A DNA stretch of 64,000 bases from a virus. The notes under the pieces were generated by a model. The model was not told the origin of the DNA, searched no databases, and saw only the letters and a program-made list of their open reading frames with translations. This document shows positions 62,037 through 64,000 of the stretch, one piece after another. The stretch's first letter is position 1. Each line of letters begins with the position of its first letter. A program made the position numbers and the translations under genes. The DNA lies in IMG/VR virus record IMGVR_UViG_3300042914_003763, positions 32,001 to 96,000 of that record. One strand, given 5' to 3'.

Positions 62037-62333
62037 TTACCCAGCGATACCAGCAGAAAAAGAGATAGAATATTTAGCACCGTTAACAGGTTTGCTATTA
62101 ACATCTACAACTACACCGTTACATAATACAGTGTACTCACGTGATGTGTCAACGTTAGCTAGTTTAGCTTGAGATTCTATAAGTTGTTTTACCGTAGTAG
62201 CATTACCTACTTTAACTTCTCTTTCATCTGCAACTGAATATTTAATCTTGACAGTAGCTTCACCATTGAACTCAGTTGTAACAGTTGTATCAGGATTAGT
62301 AAAGTTCTTAAACAGTTTGGCAAATAAAGACAT
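62037..62333 (-). CDS. Ubiquitin-like protein 1
   Basis: Start MSLFAKLF; paralog of 61641..61943; ends SAGIAG. Confidence 0.8.
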   Translation of the reverse strand: MSLFAKLFKNFTNPDTTVTTEFNGEATVKIKYSVADEREVKVGNATTVKQLIESQAKLANVDTSREYTVLCNGVVVDVNSKPVNGAKYSISFSAGIAG

Positions 62334-62413
62334 AACGTACTCCAATTAAATAATCGTATTAGTTAGTTACTTGAGGAATCACTAGTAACATAGTTAAGTT
62401 AACTTACGATCCA

Positions 62414-63004
62414 TTATCGTAGATAACCTATCATACCGTTATCGTATTTAGCGATACCTAACATAACCCACAAGTTGATAGTCTGATTATCAATCATATG
62501 TTTCAGTGCTTCAGGTTTAATATTATGAGTTTTACATTGCTTGTATTTTAATAATGCTTGTTCTGTTTCAGCACTTATTGTAATATCCAACCATTTACTT
62601 ATTGCAACAAGTAAAAGTAACTTATCTGTATCTTTGTTTAACCATACACAACCAGGGGCTTGGCCATTGTAATGACCGTAAGTTAAATCTCTAGTAAGGT
62701 AGTTACTGATATATCTATCGTAACCACATTTAGATGACTTAACTTGAAAACCTATGTAATGATCTCCCTTCTTAACTGCAACATCTATTTTTAAATAACA
62801 ATCTAACTTACTACCTGATTCAGTAACCATTACTTTATCTACATCAAGTAGTTGTAATAAGTTACATATGGTAGTTATTGTTTCTTGCTCTTTAATCACA
62901 TTCTCAACTTCAACAATCCAATTATGTTCAATCTTATCAAGGTATTTGGTTATTTGTTTCTTTGATAGTGTTAATGGTTTTGTTGTTGTAATACCGTATG
63001 TCAT
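62414..63004 (-). CDS. Putative PD-(D/E)XK-fold nuclease
   Basis: LD...KID.......FQVKS motif. Confidence 0.5.
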   Translation of the reverse strand: MTYGITTTKPLTLSKKQITKYLDKIEHNWIVEVENVIKEQETITTICNLLQLLDVDKVMVTESGSKLDCYLKIDVAVKKGDHYIGFQVKSSKCGYDRYISNYLTRDLTYGHYNGQAPGCVWLNKDTDKLLLLVAISKWLDITISAETEQALLKYKQCKTHNIKPEALKHMIDNQTINLWVMLGIAKYDNGMIGYLR

Positions 63005-63121
63005 GATATGTCTCCAATGTTAATGAAAAGAATGAGATAGAAAAAAGGAAAGCTTACTAGCATTAGTTGCTAGTAAGCTAAATGTGTTATTAGAGTGAGG
63101 TACGATTAATGATTAAATCAT

Positions 63122-63736
63122 TTAATTGCTGTATGCAGCTACCTCTACTTGTTGTGGGTTGTTAATGTAATTGATTATCTCAGTTTCATTCATTAGATAT
63201 TCTTGATTGTAAACTACCCATCTGTTACCAAGATGTTTCCTAAGAACTACATAATCTTCATTATTATAGCTAAACCTAACACCTTCTCGAACTGAAGTTA
63301 GAAAAACAGTAACGGTATCTGGTAATGGTGCAATTATTTTTTCTACCTCACTTATAGTTAAACCACCATAACCAATACCGGGATAAGGTAATGCAACAGT
63401 CTTAGTTGGATTAGCATTACACCAACTAACTAACATTTCCACTGATTGCTTAATTAAAGTTGGATCAGAAGCATATTTGTAACTGTTTTTTGTTTGAAAT
63501 GCTCCAACTAATTGACCTTCATAATCAACTACAATTAACCCGTATCTAAAATGCTTATTTCGTTGTTTATCAATTAACCCACCAAACTGTTGTTCGATAC
63601 CAGGATATCGCAACTTAACTGACTTAGCACTACCAGCACCCATAATAAGTGCATTACGATTGTTAAGTTCTGAATTAGTAGTCGCTAAATAAAGATCGAA
63701 CTTAGTATCGAACATATCACCAATTCTTAATTGCAT
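63122..63736 (-). CDS. Macrodomain (ADP-ribose binding/hydrolase) protein
   Basis: GDMF, TTN, MGAGSA...K.RYP, FQTK, ALP.PG.GYGGL. Confidence 0.85.
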   Translation of the reverse strand: MQLRIGDMFDTKFDLYLATTNSELNNRNALIMGAGSAKSVKLRYPGIEQQFGGLIDKQRNKHFRYGLIVVDYEGQLVGAFQTKNSYKYASDPTLIKQSVEMLVSWCNANPTKTVALPYPGIGYGGLTISEVEKIIAPLPDTVTVFLTSVREGVRFSYNNEDYVVLRKHLGNRWVVYNQEYLMNETEIINYINNPQQVEVAAYSN

Positions 63737-63921
63737 TATTTAATTCTCCCGGTAAGTACATTATTACAATTTGGACAACAATACATCTCTATCTTTTTCC
63801 AATAGATAGTAACGATGTTATAACCAAACCAATTACAATTACGACATCTATACAAAGACATAATTAATCTCCAAATACGGTAGAAAAAAGTAAGCGGCGA
63901 ATTAGAGAAGTAGTTGTTCAA
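63736..63921 (-). CDS. Small zinc-ribbon protein
   Basis: CRNC...CPNC; probable start at MSLYRC. Confidence 0.5.
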   Translation of the reverse strand: MNNYFSNSPLTFFYRIWRLIMSLYRCRNCNWFGYNIVTIYWKKIEMYCCPNCNNVLTGRIK

Positions 63922-64000
63922 CTTGCGCCGCTAATTGAGTTAATCCCAATTAATTCAATCAACTAACTAACTATCTTTATATTGGACATCTTTAAGTTTA

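Larger units (their letters stand above)
299..63888. repeat. Dispersed motif GRTAGAAAAA (often AGRTAGAAAAA / GAGRTAGAAAAA), about 68 copies
   Basis: Manual scan: about 35 + strand and 33 - strand exact copies, e.g. 299, 1096, 2573, 11306, 11356, 41598, 46866, 46892, 63879. Confidence 0.92.

Noticed and set aside
299-63888. GRTAGAAAAA as Chi/KOPS, HIP1 or a simple RBS
   Set aside because: No strand polarity, not palindromic, and most copies are not positioned before start codons.
1-64000. CRISPR array or cas genes
   Set aside because: No regularly spaced direct repeats seen; the Cas4-like nuclease sits with SSB and Sak4 as a recombination exonuclease.

Overview
AT-rich (~30% GC by eye) segment of a long-tailed dsDNA phage, most likely a siphovirus of filamentous cyanobacteria. 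The host is inferred from a cyanophage-type class I RNR and cyanobacterial-style regulators. The left ~25 kb holds + strand virion genes (tail tube, chaperones, 2090-aa tape measure, baseplate/fibre proteins, portal), interrupted by short - strand islands and a small RNA island. The right ~39 kb is an almost uninterrupted - strand early/middle block: RuvC, DHFR, Dam-like MTase, ThyX, dUTPase, RNR, family-B DNA polymerase, helicase, primase, exonuclease, SSB, Sak4 and many small ORFs. Main discoveries: (1) a complete phage-encoded ubiquitin-like module (two Ubls ending in Gly, JAB peptidase, E2-like, E1/ThiF) near a macrodomain, a degenerate ClpS and an AAA ATPase; (2) a non-palindromic 10-mer, GRTAGAAAAA, at about 68 copies by manual count (about 1 expected) on both strands, in genes and fused to terminators; (3) a tRNA-mimic/structured-RNA island; (4) basic proteins sharing an N-terminal tag. 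All protein calls come from motif recognition by eye; no database search was run.
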